A stretch of 64,000 nucleotides of DNA from Squalus acanthias (GCA_030390025.1 CM059432.1:34722001-34786000), one strand, 5' to 3'; positions 25,420 through 38,534 are shown, counted from the stretch's first letter. Made by a program: numbers and translations. Notes: generated from the letters alone by a model not told the origin.

Positions 25420-26500
25420 ATGGAGCAGCACACCAAGGTTAAACACAGGACAATCAACATTTATCTCCAAAGGTTGAACCTAGTTAGAACTAGATGCCTG
25501 GACGTCGTCAGGCAGGATGTCCTGGTACGATGTCCGGCCCGTAGCCGATGTCGATGCCACCCAGACACTAAAAGTCACTCTCGGCCCTGACTCCACTAGG
25601 TGTGTTGAGGAGGCTCAGGCATGTGAAGCAGTCCCATCCGAGCTGACCCCGTTCGGACGGAATTAGTCATCGGCGCGAGGGCCTGAAACTTCCCTCTGGA
25701 GCCGGCACCTCACAACTTGAGCCGTCTCTCGGAAATTCCATCCGTGTCATTCCACTCTGTGTGGAGGGGTTTTCTGTACAGGCAGATCCTGCACACTCTC
25801 TACTGCATTGCCATCGTCTTCCATCCAGACATGACCTAGCTGTTCTATCTTGCTGTCGGTGGAGGCGGGGGTCTCTAGTGGAGGTCCCTATGTGGGAGTC
25901 CTCCCCTACACCATTGGGGTTCTGGCATGGAGAGTGTTGCACGGAGCAATCCCGCCAAATAGGCTTTTAAGCAAATTAATGGACTCCTAAGCTGCCTGTA
26001 ACTTTTGCGGCCTGAATGAGTCCGTGTTTCATTTTACACGGAGTAGTGAGAGGTTGGAGCCCCTCTCCCACTATCTGCTCCTCAATTTCTGGCTGCACTT
26101 CAGTTCCTGATCTTTGGCCACCTGGGTGGGTGAGTGGGGCTTGCAGATCAGAGGAGCTCCTCTTGGGTCTGCTCCTGGGCATGGCCAAGGTGGCCACTAA
26201 CAGGTCCAGGCAATGTGCGGTCGAGGGGGTCATTTGCTCCAAATGCCTGCCTCTCTTCTGCAGCTATGTCCGCGCTCGGATGTCCCTGGAGAGGGAGCAT
26301 GTGGCGTTCGTTGGTACACCTGAGGCCTTCTGCGACCGGTGGGCACCGGAGGGACTGGACTGCATAGTCGACACCAGGAACAACATTTGATAAGCTTCCT
26401 TTTGTTTTATCTTTAATTTGGAGTTTATTGTTTGTGCCCCTTTAAAAAGGGAGCACTTTTGTTAATTTGATTTCTATTAATGACACCTCCAAATTGTCGC
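25420..26500 (+). mobile_element. Tx1-clade LINE 3' fragment (decayed)
   Basis: LLLGLLLGMAKVATNRSRQ...CLPLFCSYVRARMSLEREH...DRWAP; homologous to 51220-51955. Confidence 0.8.
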
Positions 26501-27209
26501 ATAAAAGAGCTAGAACTAGACGCCAAAGCGATCGAATGAACCATTTCATTTTAACCCTTCAGCTGCCGAGACCTCCAGGGAATCCTGCAGTCCTGGGGGG
26601 TTAGCCAGTTTTTCAAAAAGACTTCTGCTAAAAAAAACAAAGGCGAGAATGAGGAGCCCCTACTGTTACAGTAATAAGATTACTGAGTTAGCACTTGTAC
26701 TTTAATTATGGGCTGAATTTTGCAGGGGGGAGGGGTGTAGCACCCCAAAAATGGTGGACAATAACCTACCGCTCTAATGTCGCTGTGGCCATGGTAACTG
26801 GAAATCGGGGTCCTATGACGAGCGCGCTCTTTTCTCGCTCCGACCAGCAACAGCCTGGCCGAAGAGGACCCGAATAGTCAGTACCTCTTCAGTTTTGTGG
26901 GGTCGGAGTGCTCCCCTCTGCTACACAAACCCAGCCTGGACCACTGCCGCTCCATCTCCCCGCTTCTGCCGATTTGGGCCCCTCTGGCTCCAGGAACCTG
27001 ATACTGCGGCGGCCTGAGGAAGGCGGGCCCTCTGTTTTTGACCACAATCCCGCCGGCCTGAAGCAAATGAAGCCAGGGTCTCAAAAATGGACCCAAGCGT
27101 CCTGGATACCACTCTGTAGGAAAACCCATTTCGGTGTATCTAAAATGAAAAACTATAAAATCATGCTTTCAGTTCTGTTTTTCTTTCGCTGCCCTACTCT
27201 CTATTTTAG

Positions 27210-30200
27210 TTTTTTTAATTCTTTCATAGGATCTGTGCATCGCTGGCAAGGCCAGCATTTATTGCCCATCCCTAATTGCCCTTGAGAAGGTGGGGGTGAG
27301 CCGCCTTCTTGAACCACTGCAGTCCGTGTGGTGAAGGTACTTCCACAGTGCTGTTAGGGAGTTCCAGGATTTTGACCCAGCGATGATGAATGAACTGCGA
27401 TATACTTCTAAGTCAGAATGATGTGTGTCTTGGAGGGGAACTTGGAGGTGTTCCCATGCATCTGCTGCCCTTGTCCTTCTAGGTGGAAGAGGTCGCAGGT
27501 TTGGGAGGTGCTTTTGAGGAAGCCTTGGCGAGTTGCTGCAGTGCATCTTGTAGATGGTACACACTGCAGCCACGGTACGCCGGTGGTGGAGGAAGTGAAT
27601 GTTTAAGGTGGTGGATGGAGTGCCAATCAAGTGGACTGCTTTGTCCTGGGCGGTGTTGAGCTTCTTGAGTGTTGTTTCGAGCTGCACTCATCCAGGCAAG
27701 TGGAGAGTATTCCATCACACTCCTTACTTGTGCCTTGTAGATGGTGGAAAGGCTTTGGGGAGTCAGGAGGTGAGACACTCGCCGCAGAATACCTTAGCCT
27801 CTGACCTGCTCTTGTTGCCACAATATTGATGTGGCTTGTCCAATTAAGTTTCTCGTCAATGGTGACCCCCAGAATGTTGATGGTGGGGGATTCATAGAGT
27901 CATAACGTCACAGAAGGAGGCCATTCGGCCCATTGAGTCCGTGCCAGCTCTCTGTAGAGCAATCCAGTCAGTCCCATTCCCCTGCTCTATCCCCGTAGCC
28001 CTGCAAGTTTTAATCCCTCAAGTGCCTATCCAGTCTCCCCTTGAAAACATTGAGTGTCTCCGCTTCCACCACTTCCATCAGCAGCGAATTCCAGGTCATC
28101 ACCACTCGCTGCATAAAAAAGTTTTCCTCACATCCCCCCTGTATCTCTTGCCCAAAACCTTAAATCTGTGTCCCCTAGTCCTTGTACCATCAACTAGTGG
28201 GAACAGCCTTTCCCTGTCTCGCCTATCCAAACCAGTCATAATCTTGTACACCTCTATCAAATCACCCCTCAACCTCCTTTGCTCTAATGAAAACAAATCC
28301 AGCTTCTCCAACCTGTCCTTGTAGCTAAGATCCCCCATCCCCGGAACCATTCTGGTAAATCTCCTCTGCACCCTCTCAAGGGCCTTCACATCCTTCCTAA
28401 AGTGTGGTGACCAGAACTGGACGCAAAGCTCCAGTTGTGGCCTAACCAGCGCTTTATAAAGGTTCAGCATAACTTCTCTACTTTTGTACTCAATACCTCT
28501 ATTTATGAAGCCCAAGATCCCATATGCTTTGTTAACCACTCTCTCAATATGTCCTGCCACCTTCAGGGACCTATGCACATTAACTCCCAGGTCACTCTGT
28601 CCCTGCACTCTTTCAAAATGTGCCATTAAGTGTATATTGCCTCTCCCTGTTCCTTCTGCCAAAATGCATCACCTCACACTTCTCTGTATTCAATTCCATC
28701 TGCCACTTGTCTGCCCATTCTGTTAGCCTTTCTATGTCCTGTTGCAGTCGATTGACATCATCATCACTGTTTGCCAGACCCCCAAGTTTGGTGTCATCAG
28801 CAAATTTAGAAATTCATCGGCAAATTTAGAAATCAGCGATAGTAATGCCTTTGAATGTCAAGCGGTGGTGGTTGGACACTCGCTTGTTGGAGATAGTCAT
28901 TGCCTGGCACTTCTGTGGTGCGAATGTTACCTGCCACTTATCAGCCCAAGCCTGAATGTCGTCCAGGTCTTGTTGCATGCGGGCATGGACTGCTTCATTA
29001 TCTGAGGAGTTGTGAATGGCACTGAACACTGTGCAGTCATCAGCGAAAATCCCCATTTCTGACCTTATGTTGGAGGAAAGGTCATTGATGAAGCAGCTGA
29101 AGATGGTTGGGCCTAGGACACTGCCCTGAGGAACTCCTGCAGCTATTGACCTTCAACCACCACAACCATCTTCCTTTGTGCTAGGTATGACTCCCGCCAG
29201 TGGAGAGTTTTCCCCCCCGATTCCCATTGACTTCAGTTTTAATAGGGCTCCTTGATGCCACACTCGATCAAATGCTGCCTTGATGTCAAGGGCAGTCACT
29301 CTCACCTCACCTCTGGAATTCAGCTCCTTTGTCCATGTTTGGACCAAGGCTATAATGAGGTCAGGAGCTGAGTGGTCTTGGCGGAACCCAAACTGGGCAT
29401 CAGTGAGCAGGTTATTGGTAAGTGCCGCTCGATAGCACTGTCGATGACACCTTCCATCACTTTGCTGATGATTGAAAGTAGACTGATGGGGTGGTAATTG
29501 GCCGGATTGGATTTGTCCTGCTTTTTGTGGACAGGACATACCTGGGCAGTTTTCCACATTGTCAGATAGATGCCAGTGTTGTAGCTGCACTGGAACAGCT
29601 TGGCTAGAGGCACGGCTAGTTCTGGAGCACAAGTCTTCAGCACGATAGCCGGAATGTTGTCGGGACCCATAGCCTTTGCTGTATCCAGTGCGCTCAGCTG
29701 TTTCTTGATATCATTGAGGATGGGGATATTCATGGATCCTCCTCCTCCCATTAGTCATTTAATTCTCCACCACCATTCACAACTGGATGTGGCAGGACTG
29801 CAGAGCTTTGATCTGATCCATTGGTTGTGGGATTGCTTAGTTCTGTCTATAGCATGCATGTAATCTGTGTTGTAGCTTCACCAGATTGGCACCTCATTTT
29901 TAGGTATGCTGTTCCTGGCATGCTCTTCTACACTCCTCATTGAACCAGAGTTGGTCCCCTGGCTTGATGGTAATGCTAGAGTGAGGGATATGCCAGGCCA
30001 TGAGGTTATAGATTGTGGTGGAATACAATTCTGCTCCTGCTGATTGCCCACAGCACCTCATGGATGCCCAGTTTCAAGCTGCTGGATCTGTTCTGAATCT
30101 ATCCCATTTAGCACAGTGGTAGTGCCACACAACACGATGGAGGGTGTCCTCAGTGTGAAGACGGGGCTTCGTCTCGACAAGGACTGTGTGGTGGTCACTG

Positions 30201-30770
30201 CTACCAATACTGTCATGGACAGATGCATCTGTGACAAGTAGATTGGTGAGGATAAGGTCAAGTCGGTTTTTCCCTCGTGTTGGTTCACTCACCACCAAGC
30301 CCAGTCTGGTCGTTATGTCCTTCATAGGACTCGGCCAACTTGGTCAGTAGTGGTGCTACCGAGCCACTCTTGGTGATGGACATTGAAGTTCCTGACCCAG
30401 AGTACAACTGTGCCCTTGCTGCCCTCAGTGCTTCTTCCAAGTGGTGTTCAACATGGAGGAGTACTGATTCATCAGCTGAAGGAGGGCAGTAGGTGGTAAT
30501 CAGTAGGAGGTTTGCTGCCCATGTTTGCTGCCATGAGACATCATGGAGTCCATGTTGAGGACTCCCAGGGCCACTCCCTCCCGCTTGTATACCACTGTGC
30601 CGCCACCCCTGGTGGGTCCGTTCTGCCGGTGGGTCTTGGAAATTGGCTGAAAGGTATGATTCTGTGAGTATGACTGTGTCAGGCTGTTGCTTGACTAGTT
30701 TGTGGGACAGCTCTCCCAATTTTTGCACAAGTGCCCAGATGTTAGGAGGACTTTGTTGGGTCAACTGGTC
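27210..30770 (-). mobile_element. RTE-X-like LINE, long decayed copy with deletions (clade assignment tentative)
   Basis: DTVILTESYL, GPDNIPAIVLKTCAPEL, ALDIKAAFDRVWH, FADD, YKAQVRSVMEYSPLAW; 3' end GGGCAATAAATGCTGGCC. Confidence 0.85.
27893..28810 (-). mobile_element. CR1 3' fragment nested in the RTE-X-like LINE
   Basis: [31 protein letters not shown]; host LINE resumes at about 28832. Confidence 0.9.
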
Positions 30771-30822
30771 AAAAGTGAACTGGTGAATCATAAAATGAAA
30801 GGATTTTTTTTTGTAGAATTTG

Positions 30823-30828
30823 TTTATT
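30823..30828 (-). terminator. Candidate polyadenylation signal of the RBM43-like gene
   Basis: AATAAA on the minus strand about 355 nt after the stop codon. Confidence 0.5.
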
Positions 30829-31183
30829 GATGACATGTGATTGGTAAGATAACTAATTAGAAAGCAGGAAAATAACAAATTTTCTGATAAAAGATAAAAG
30901 AAATAACGCAATTTTACCAGCAGACTCCAAGTATTTGTCCAAGGGGTGCTTTACAGCCAATGTAGTACTTTTGAAGTGTAGTCACTGTTGTAATGTAGAA
31001 ATTGAAATAAAACTCAGCACCCACCCCCGCCCCCACACTCCACCCCATATCCACCACCCATCCCACCCCCCCCACCCCCCATAATTTTCAGCAAGCCAGT
31101 TTCTCCTCTTGCATCCCAATTTGATCTCCTTAACTGAGGGGGGAAATGAAACAGCAATGTCACAAGAACGAACTTGTGGGATG

Positions 31184-32680
31184 TTAGACATCTATGCCAC
31201 GGTTTCCTTTCTTGTTACATCTATGGTAAACCGTTGCAAGATTTGGGTTCAAGCTTGGACGGATCTCTGGCTGTCTGTTGCCCTTCATTCTTTGAGCCTC
31301 AGCACTTCTGCCTGTTCTGGTTTGTGAATCTTGAACAGCAGAGTTAATTGGAGACCTCTGGTCCTTTGTTGGCTTCCTGGCCCCTGATAAGGACCGACGT
31401 CTTTGATGGGCACAGCCAGGACTTGGAAGAATCTGCTGTTGGTCACCAGTTTGGGCCTGGGTTTGTTTGGCATGTTTGATTGCTGGTGGGTTTGCATTGG
31501 AGTCATCCATTGGACTTTCCTTCTTAATTGGAGGGCATGAAGAGTTGCGCTTAGCATGGCTTTCTGAGCGGTTCAATCTCCTCCCTCGCTGACATGGCCC
31601 AGTGCTTCGAGTCGCTGAGGGGAAAGCACAATTCCCCAAAACATACTGCAGAGCTTTATAACTCTCAGCTGATGGCCCCACTAAATAAATGGTTTGACCA
31701 GTTTTTATCAGTAGGACTTCTGTTGATAAATCTCTGGCCAACCTGTACCTGCTTAATATCTCCTGCTTCTCACAAGATTTCATCGCATTTAGATCAACCT
31801 GATTCGTCCTCAGTTGTTTTTGGACCTTTTCGATGTGAGCACAAACTGCTGATTTGGCGTGGTCCAGACTTTTATGGTCATTGACGACTGCTCGTTTTGG
31901 GTGTAAATCTATCATACACAGATCATCAAAATAAGATTTTTCAAAGTCTACGGAGTATTTTTCAAGAACCTGATGAAACTCCTTCATGTCATAAGCCTCC
32001 AGGTATGCAAAAGCCAATCTATCAACTGCGAAGCTTAAGTGAGGAGAAGCAGAAGGGCCAGTTGAAGAACAAGATGAATATGCATTCAGGCTACGATCGT
32101 CCATTTCAGAAAAGGCACGTTTCCTCTGGTCAGAAGTGCCGCTATACCCCACTGCGCCCTGAAGCCTACTAATGCTCCCATGGGTAAATGGAGATGTATC
32201 TTCAATGTTATTGGAACTGGCACCTGGCAGAGAAGATGGAGATGAAATCAAAGGCAAAGAGGAACTATTGCTTTTACCAGAACGGACTCTTGGCATACAA
32301 GAACTTGACTGTATATTACAGGTGTGCTCGCCGGCACTGCAATCATCGTCCTCGCTGGTTGGTGATGAATCTGAGCTTCTACCAGATGCTATTGGTAGTC
32401 TGTAATTACTAAATGCTCCAGATTGTACAGATTTCCCATCTCTATCGAGTCTCTTGTTGTTGGCCGAATGCCGGAGATTGGTGATTGCGCGTGGTGACTG
32501 ATGGAGAGTCAAGTTCATAAGGTCACTCCGAAGTTTCTTTAAAGAGGGGAAAGAGCCTTTGATCTCCAAAATGAAGTGCTCGTGACTTACAAGGTGAAGG
32601 CCATGTCTGACGATTAATTGACGAACCTTCCTCATGTCAAAGGGGCGTGTGTCCAGTTTTGTACTCACAGACAGCATCAC
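31184..32680 (-). CDS. RBM43: RBM43-like protein, exon 4 (terminal, 498 codons)
   Basis: Acceptor tttaacag|GTG, phase 0; VMLSVSTKLDTRPF...EIKGSFPSLKKLRSDL resembles the RBM43 segment after the RRM; longest non-TE ORF in the window. Confidence 0.75.
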   Translation of the reverse strand: MMLSVSTKLDTRPFDMRKVRQLIVRHGLHLVSHEHFILEIKGSFPSLKKLRSDLMNLTLHQSPRAITNLRHSANNKRLDRDGKSVQSGAFSNYRLPIASGRSSDSSPTSEDDDCSAGEHTCNIQSSSCMPRVRSGKSNSSSLPLISSPSSLPGASSNNIEDTSPFTHGSISRLQGAVGYSGTSDQRKRAFSEMDDRSLNAYSSCSSTGPSASPHLSFAVDRLAFAYLEAYDMKEFHQVLEKYSVDFEKSYFDDLCMIDLHPKRAVVNDHKSLDHAKSAVCAHIEKVQKQLRTNQVDLNAMKSCEKQEILSRYRLARDLSTEVLLIKTGQTIYLVGPSAESYKALQYVLGNCAFPSATRSTGPCQRGRRLNRSESHAKRNSSCPPIKKESPMDDSNANPPAIKHAKQTQAQTGDQQQILPSPGCAHQRRRSLSGARKPTKDQRSPINSAVQDSQTRTGRSAEAQRMKGNRQPEIRPSLNPNLATVYHRCNKKGNRGIDV

Positions 32681-32714
32681 CTGTTAAATCAAAAAGGAAC
32701 ATCTAATTAGCACC

Positions 32715-33470
32715 ACCTGCCCTTTCACCTCCTCCCTTCCCACCGTCCAGGGCCCCAAACACTCCTTCCAGGTGAAACGGCGATTTACTTGTACATCTTC
32801 CAACTTAGTATACTGTATTCACTGCTCACGATGCGGTCTCCTCTACACTGGGGAGACCAAACACAGGTTTGGTGATCGCTTTGCCGAACACCTCCGTTCA
32901 GTCTGCAAGTGTGACCCTGAGCTTCCGGTCGCTTGACACTTTAATTCTCCGTCTCACTCCTACTCTGACCTCAGCCTCCTACTCTGTTCCAATGAATCTT
33001 AACGCAAGCTCGAGGAACATCACCTCATCTTTCGATCAGGCACTTTACAAATTTCTGGCCTCAACATTGAGTTCAGCAACTTTAGATCATAGTCCATTTT
33101 CTCAGACAGCAGGTGCTGGTAATGGTTCTGCTGTAAACATTTACACCTCCACTGGACCCACCTTTTGTTTCTTTGCTTGTCCTATTACCACCGCCTTTTG
33201 CCTTGCACCATCATCCCTTTTGTCATTTAATTGCTCCCACCCTCCACTCTATCACAGACCTTCCCCTTTGTTCTTCCCCCTCTCCCCCCTCCCCTTTTCT
33301 CCTAGCTCTGCACTTGCTTATAAACTATTCTTCCAGTTCTGAGGAAAGGTCACTGACCTGAAACGTTATACTGTTTCTCTCTCGACAGAGGTTGCCTGAC
33401 CTGCAGAGTGTTTCCAGCATTTTCTGTTTTTATTTCAGATTTCCAGCATCCGCAGTATTTTGCTTTTGAT
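32715..33470 (+). mobile_element. Penelope-like element 3' part (GIY-YIG and pseudo-LTR)
   Basis: VYCIHCSRCGLLYTGETKHRFGDRFAEHLRSV; homologous to 15250-16005. Confidence 0.88.
33334..33373 (+). ncRNA. Minimal hammerhead ribozyme motif in Penelope pseudo-LTR
   Basis: CAGTT-CTGAGGA-AAGGTCA-C-TGACCT-GAAAC-GTT-ATACTG. Confidence 0.7.
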
Positions 33471-34399
33471 CTAATTAGCACCTCTATTAACTGCAGTTCA
33501 GAACAATTATGGATAGCTGAGAGCCGGCAGTGAACGACAAGACTGCGATTCAATCAGTCCTTCACACGATTATTAATCATTAGAATGAAACTCGAACAGG
33601 TTTTTTTTTTCCTTGTTTAGAAAACTAGGTGAACATCCAAGGCCCAAAGTGTAACCAAGTTTGAAAAGAGCAAGAGAGAAGACGAAGACAATGAGGATTT
33701 TTAGGTAATGAGGATTTTGAAAGCCTGAAGATTGTGGCATGTCATGTGGTAAGTGTAGCATGCTTGGGAGGAACAGGTCACTTTGGATCTATGGTTCCAG
33801 TAATACCAACCCCACCGTCTCATCAATCATGAGACAAACTCTTAAGAATCATGAGATTTGGTAAGAAATCACGAGTTGCTATTTTTTTCCAAATATAGAC
33901 CAATATAGATTGACAGTTCGTTCTTTCACACAGAGTAATCAATACTTGGCACATACATCCACACAGAGAAGACTAGCCAAATGGATGCTGTAGGAATTCC
34001 TTTTGTTTAGCTGGGCTAAGAATGGCTTTCTTTGCCTGTATTTTGTTTTTTGCAATTAATGCGGCCCATGTGATTGGCACAGTTTTCAGCTTTTAACCAC
34101 GTTTATGTCCCTGGCCTCAGGTTGGACAGAATTAAAAATTAATGTTCAATATTCCAAAGTAATCCTGAGCACGTGACCAAATGAATTGAGTGCAGCAGAG
34201 AATGATATTTAACCCAGTGCTAATTATCAGTAACATTACTTGGGAATCAATTGCAATCATTCAGCCTGTGGGTTTGAACCGGACACTGGCTCGTCGATTT
34301 TAGTTGACCACTGGCCCTGCTTCAATTAAAACTTGATCCCGAGAACATATTTTGGAGCATTTTTAAACTTTGGAAAATTATGTTCAAACCAATTTAAAA

Positions 34400-34760
34400 A
34401 CACAGCAGAGCCGTCGCAATGACGTCACGTGCCCTCACTGCGACCTTTCACCTTTAACTCCAAGATGGCAGCGCCCGTTGTGAGGAGGATTTTAAGATTT
34501 CCAGCTTTTAAAGTCAGGATGAAATCCTTCAGCGGCGAAGCGAGCCTGACACCAAAGGTGTTTCCACCCTAAGCCGCCGCAGCGCGGCTCGTTTAAGCCT
34601 CTCGGTGTCAAATACCAACCGCTCCTGTCCTCGGACCGGCCGTGGCCGCTGCTTCCCGGCGGATCCTCGGCCCCACGTGCTGAGGTCACTGCCCTCCCCG
34701 GAGGTGCTGTGACCAGAAACCAAACCGAAGTGCAGCCCGTGTTCACAGCAAGGGGCGTTT
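34400..34760 (+). promoter_or_regulatory. CpG island with CRE, E-box and YY1/ATG motif inside intron 3 of the RBM43-like gene
   Basis: TGACGTCA 34420-34427 overlapping CACGTG; CAAGATGGCAGCG 34461-34473; CpG-rich 350 bp in AT-rich surroundings. Confidence 0.6.
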
Positions 34761-35783
34761 AATGGGTTGTTTCAGTAGCTGATGTGCTGCTTTGGATTCA
34801 CCAAGTGATTATTTTTATGTAAAGGTCACGGTTGGTTGGATCCTACTGATGGAAAACCAATGGGAGACAGTGCTATGGGACAAACCAACTCGCGGACCAC
34901 TCCCCCCCCCCCCCCCCCGCCACCCCCAACCATTGAGAACCCCTGACCCAACCCACGTGTCCCCAGCAGCCAATCACAGGAGGCGATGACGAAGATTAAT
35001 ACAGCCGAAAAAGAATCTGAGTGGAATCGGAAGATCGCAAGTTGGAGTGAATTTTCATTAAAAATCGCATGTCTCGTGATTAAATTGCTATACTGTGGTT
35101 CCCAAAGCTCTTCACCACTGGGGGTTTTCCCCACGTCATTTTTCATCTAGGTCCATCTAATTTGCCTTCTACCTGGTAGTCGCATGATAGAATGTTAACG
35201 GTGTTGTTGACTAATCATGGAATATTCAGGTGGACCTGTAAATGACCGCGTGCCTGAAACAGGCAGGAAGCTGTTTAAACATGCAAAGCAGGGCTCTACA
35301 CTGGTTGTAGGACCCGGATGTAAAATTCGAGTATAAATAGGCTGACTTTGTACCACGTAAGCTCCGCCTAGTTGTACTAGGTGTTGAGTGGCATAACCAG
35401 CACACTAAACGGGCACAAAACTCATTAAATGTTATATATTTGTGGAGCCAGAATGAGCAGGCGTGCTCCTCCTGAATACACAGAAATATTCTGGGCCACT
35501 GCCAAACCTGGGTTTGCCCCTCTCGGCTTTGCCGGTTTCCCCCTCTCCCAGGACCTACCGATGGTCAGCTCTGCTCGGTGTTGGTGCTATGCAGAATTTG
35601 TCAGGACCCAACTGGCGAGCAGCACTAGGATGCCTGTTTGGTGCCCCCAGTTTGCTGCTTCCATTCAAATAAGACCCGATGCCGAATTTAGCCCAGGCTT
35701 CAGACCGGCACACCGCATGCTGAGTGATCGTTCCACCGACTTGGGGCCCATTTTTGAATACATTTCTCCCCCAAAGTATATAC

Positions 35784-35893
35784 CTGTTCATTATCAGTGT
35801 TGTTGTGTCCTTCTTCAGCCTCACGTACTTCCAATTTGTATTTTTTCCCATCTAATTGCAGTATGTGTTCTCGTTTAAGGACATTGTTTGCAT
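35784..35893 (-). CDS. RBM43: RBM43-like protein, exon 3: (D)ANNVLKREHILQLDGKKYKLEVREAEEGHNNTDNEQ
   Basis: Acceptor tttctttcttacag, donor CAG|gtatat; phase 1 to phase 0 bridges exons 2 and 4 exactly and completes the RRM. Confidence 0.85.
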
Positions 35894-36572
35894 CTGTAAG
35901 AAAGAAATAATTTAAGGAATACCAGACTGCGGACTGTAGCGGGTCCCATTACCTCACAGGTAGGACAGGCCCTAAGTGTTTAACTGAGCATGATCCCTGT
36001 AATACCACTGCAGGCCGCAACCAACAAGGTAAGATTTAAAAATAGACTTACCGGGAGGTGCAGGAGTGCTCCTTCCGACCCCACATTCAAAAAAACCGCG
36101 GGCTGCTCCACCCCCTCTGATCACCACCCATACAAACCCTTGATCGCCACCACGACCCCTCCCTCGATCCCGGGCTCTGCCCCCCCACCACCATCGACAT
36201 CCCCCCACAATCCCAGCCTCTGCTTCTCGATCTCAGCCTCTGATTGCCACCGACCACAACCCACCTTCCTGGCCACCTACCCTCCAGACCCAATCGCCCT
36301 CTTCCTGATCGCCCCCCGATCTCCCATTCCTTTTCTCCGGCGAGCTGCCTGATGACGTCCATTAGGTGTCCGCAGCTCGCTGGCTCAATGATAATGAGGA
36401 TCGTGGTCCAATATCGGGTGTCCCTCGGGCCAATCCATTCAGGCAGAGGTATTGTAGACCGAGCTGTGTCAACAAATAACATCTAAACCCATGAATTAAA
36501 AATATCCTAAAATACTAGCTGCCAACAAAGCAACGTGATAGACCCTCTCTTCTCAGACATCAGCTCAAGTAC

Positions 36573-36775
36573 CTTCCTCGTTCTCAAAGGTGATGCAAGC
36601 ACAGTGTTTAACACTGGTTGGATATTCCACATCCAGCACTTCACCTCCTCCATTGCTTTTCTTCTGGAAATAAATGGTCAGTTTATCCGACATCCGCTCC
36701 ACAGGAATGAACTCGGGAACATTCAGGACCTGAATTTTCTTTGGATTTTGTAGCATCATTTTTGGTTCCTGGAGT
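36573..36775 (-). CDS. RBM43: RBM43-like protein, exon 2 (PARP14/NMI/RBM43-type RRM)
   Basis: KIQVLNVP...MSDKLTIYFQKKSNGGGEVLDVEYP...ACITFENEE; acceptor ttctccacag, donor G|gtactt. Confidence 0.85.
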
Positions 36776-37093
36776 CTGTGGAGAACAACCTTTGATTGAA
36801 TTGATTTTTTTTTTGACATTTTTTTTGTCCAAACAATACTCAGATAAAGCAGGTAAGGGGAGACAAAGAGTTTTTTATTCATACAGCGAGTTGTTGTGAT
36901 CTGGAATGCACTGCCTGAAAGGGTGGTGGCAGCAGATTCAATAATAACTTTCAAAAGGTATTTCAGCGTATACTTGAATAGAAACTATTTGCAGAGCTAT
37001 AGGGAAAGAGCAGGAGAGTGGGACTAATTGGAGAGCTCTTTCAAAGAGCAGGCACAGACACGATTGGCCAAATGGCCTCCTTCTGTGCTGTAT

Positions 37094-37530
37094 AGAAACA
37101 TAGAAACTAGGAGCAGGAGTAGGCCATTCGGCCCGTTGAGCCTGCTCCACCATTCAATACGATCATGGCTGATCATCCAAATCCAGCACCCTGTCCCTGC
37201 CCCCTCACACAGAATCCCCATCGAGCCTGCACCGACACATATCCCACCCTATCCCCGTAACCCCACGTATTTAATTCCCCCTAACATATCCCATCCTATC
37301 CCCGTAACCCCACATATTTAATCCCCCCCTAACACTAAGGGTCAATTTATCATAGCCAAATTAACCTAACCCGCACATTTTTGGACTGTGGGAGGAAACC
37401 GGAGCACCCGGAGGAAACCCACGCAGACACGGGGAGAATGTGCAAACTCCACACAGACAGTCACCCGAGGCCAGATTCGAACCCGGGTCCCTGGCGCTGT
37501 GAGGCACCAGTGCTAACCACTATGCCACCG
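37094..37530 (-). mobile_element. HE1-like V-SINE, full length, at the tail of a CR1 3' fragment (36855-37093, +)
   Basis: Pol III A box TGGCATAGTGG, B box GGTTCGAATC, V-domain, CR1-like tail. Confidence 0.9.
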
Positions 37531-37914
37531 TATTGCAATGTTGCATCGAATAGCACCTCCAAGAATCAAGAGCTGGATGGCGTAGGAAATGAACTGAGGT
37601 TTAGAACGATAATCACAGATAGATACGGTCAAATGCTTGTGGAACATGATGGTTCCTGAGCTGCTGGGACACTGGAAATGTCAAATCAAGGAAAGGAAAT
37701 GGCGCAGGATGAATAAAGTTGAATGTAAGGGTGGATGGACATTGTGGGATTGGGACAAAAGGAACTTTCCAGAACTTTTCCTTCAGGAGATCGGAATAGG
37801 TTGGGGTAGATTTCACAATGGAGTAGATTGTATCTGGTCTGTGGAAGAAGTGGGCTTGTTGGGCTGAAAAACCTCTTCTCATTTTGTCACTTATTACAGA
37901 GTGAGAGACTGCCA

Positions 37915-38330
37915 ATAAAAAAAGAACTTGCATTTATACCTGTCACAACCACCACAATATCCCAAAGTGATTCACAGCCAATAAAGCACTTTTGAAGTGT
38001 AGTCACTGTTGCAATGTAGGAAACACGGCAGCCAATTTGAGCAGAGCAAGTTCCCACCAGCAATGAGATAAATCTGTTTTAGTGATGTTGCTTGACAGAT
38101 AAATGTTGGCCAGGACAGTAGAACTTCCCTGCTCATCTTCGAATACTGCCATGAGATCTTTTATATCCATCTAAGAGGGCAGACAAGGCCTTGGTTTAAT
38201 GCCTCTTCCAAAAGATGGCACTTCTGACAGTGGAACATTTCCTCGAAGTGTCAGCCGAAATGGTGCGCTCAAGCCTCTGGAGTGGGGCCTGCAGGCACAA
38301 TCTTCTGACTCAAGAGCCAAGGCTATGATT
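37915..38330 (-). mobile_element. DeuSINE (SacSINE1-like) copy
   Basis: Reverse complement of the 60635-61060 family; ends TAAATGCAAGTTCTT. Confidence 0.7.
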
Positions 38331-38534
38331 TCAACCACCTGAGTTTGCTAACATCCAACACTATGGGTGGGTGCATTTACGGGAAATACTAAAACAAGTT
38401 GGGAGTGAGCCTTTGGCTTAGTGGTAGCACTCCCTCATCTGAGTCAGAAGGTAAAGGGCTTGAGCCCAACTCCAGATGGCCCGCCGACTGGAACATGAGC
38501 TCTGAATACTGGGTTGACATCGCGTCCAGAATTT

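Noticed and set aside
37440..37530. tRNA-like A and B boxes
   Set aside because: These are the head of an HE1-like SINE, not a tRNA gene
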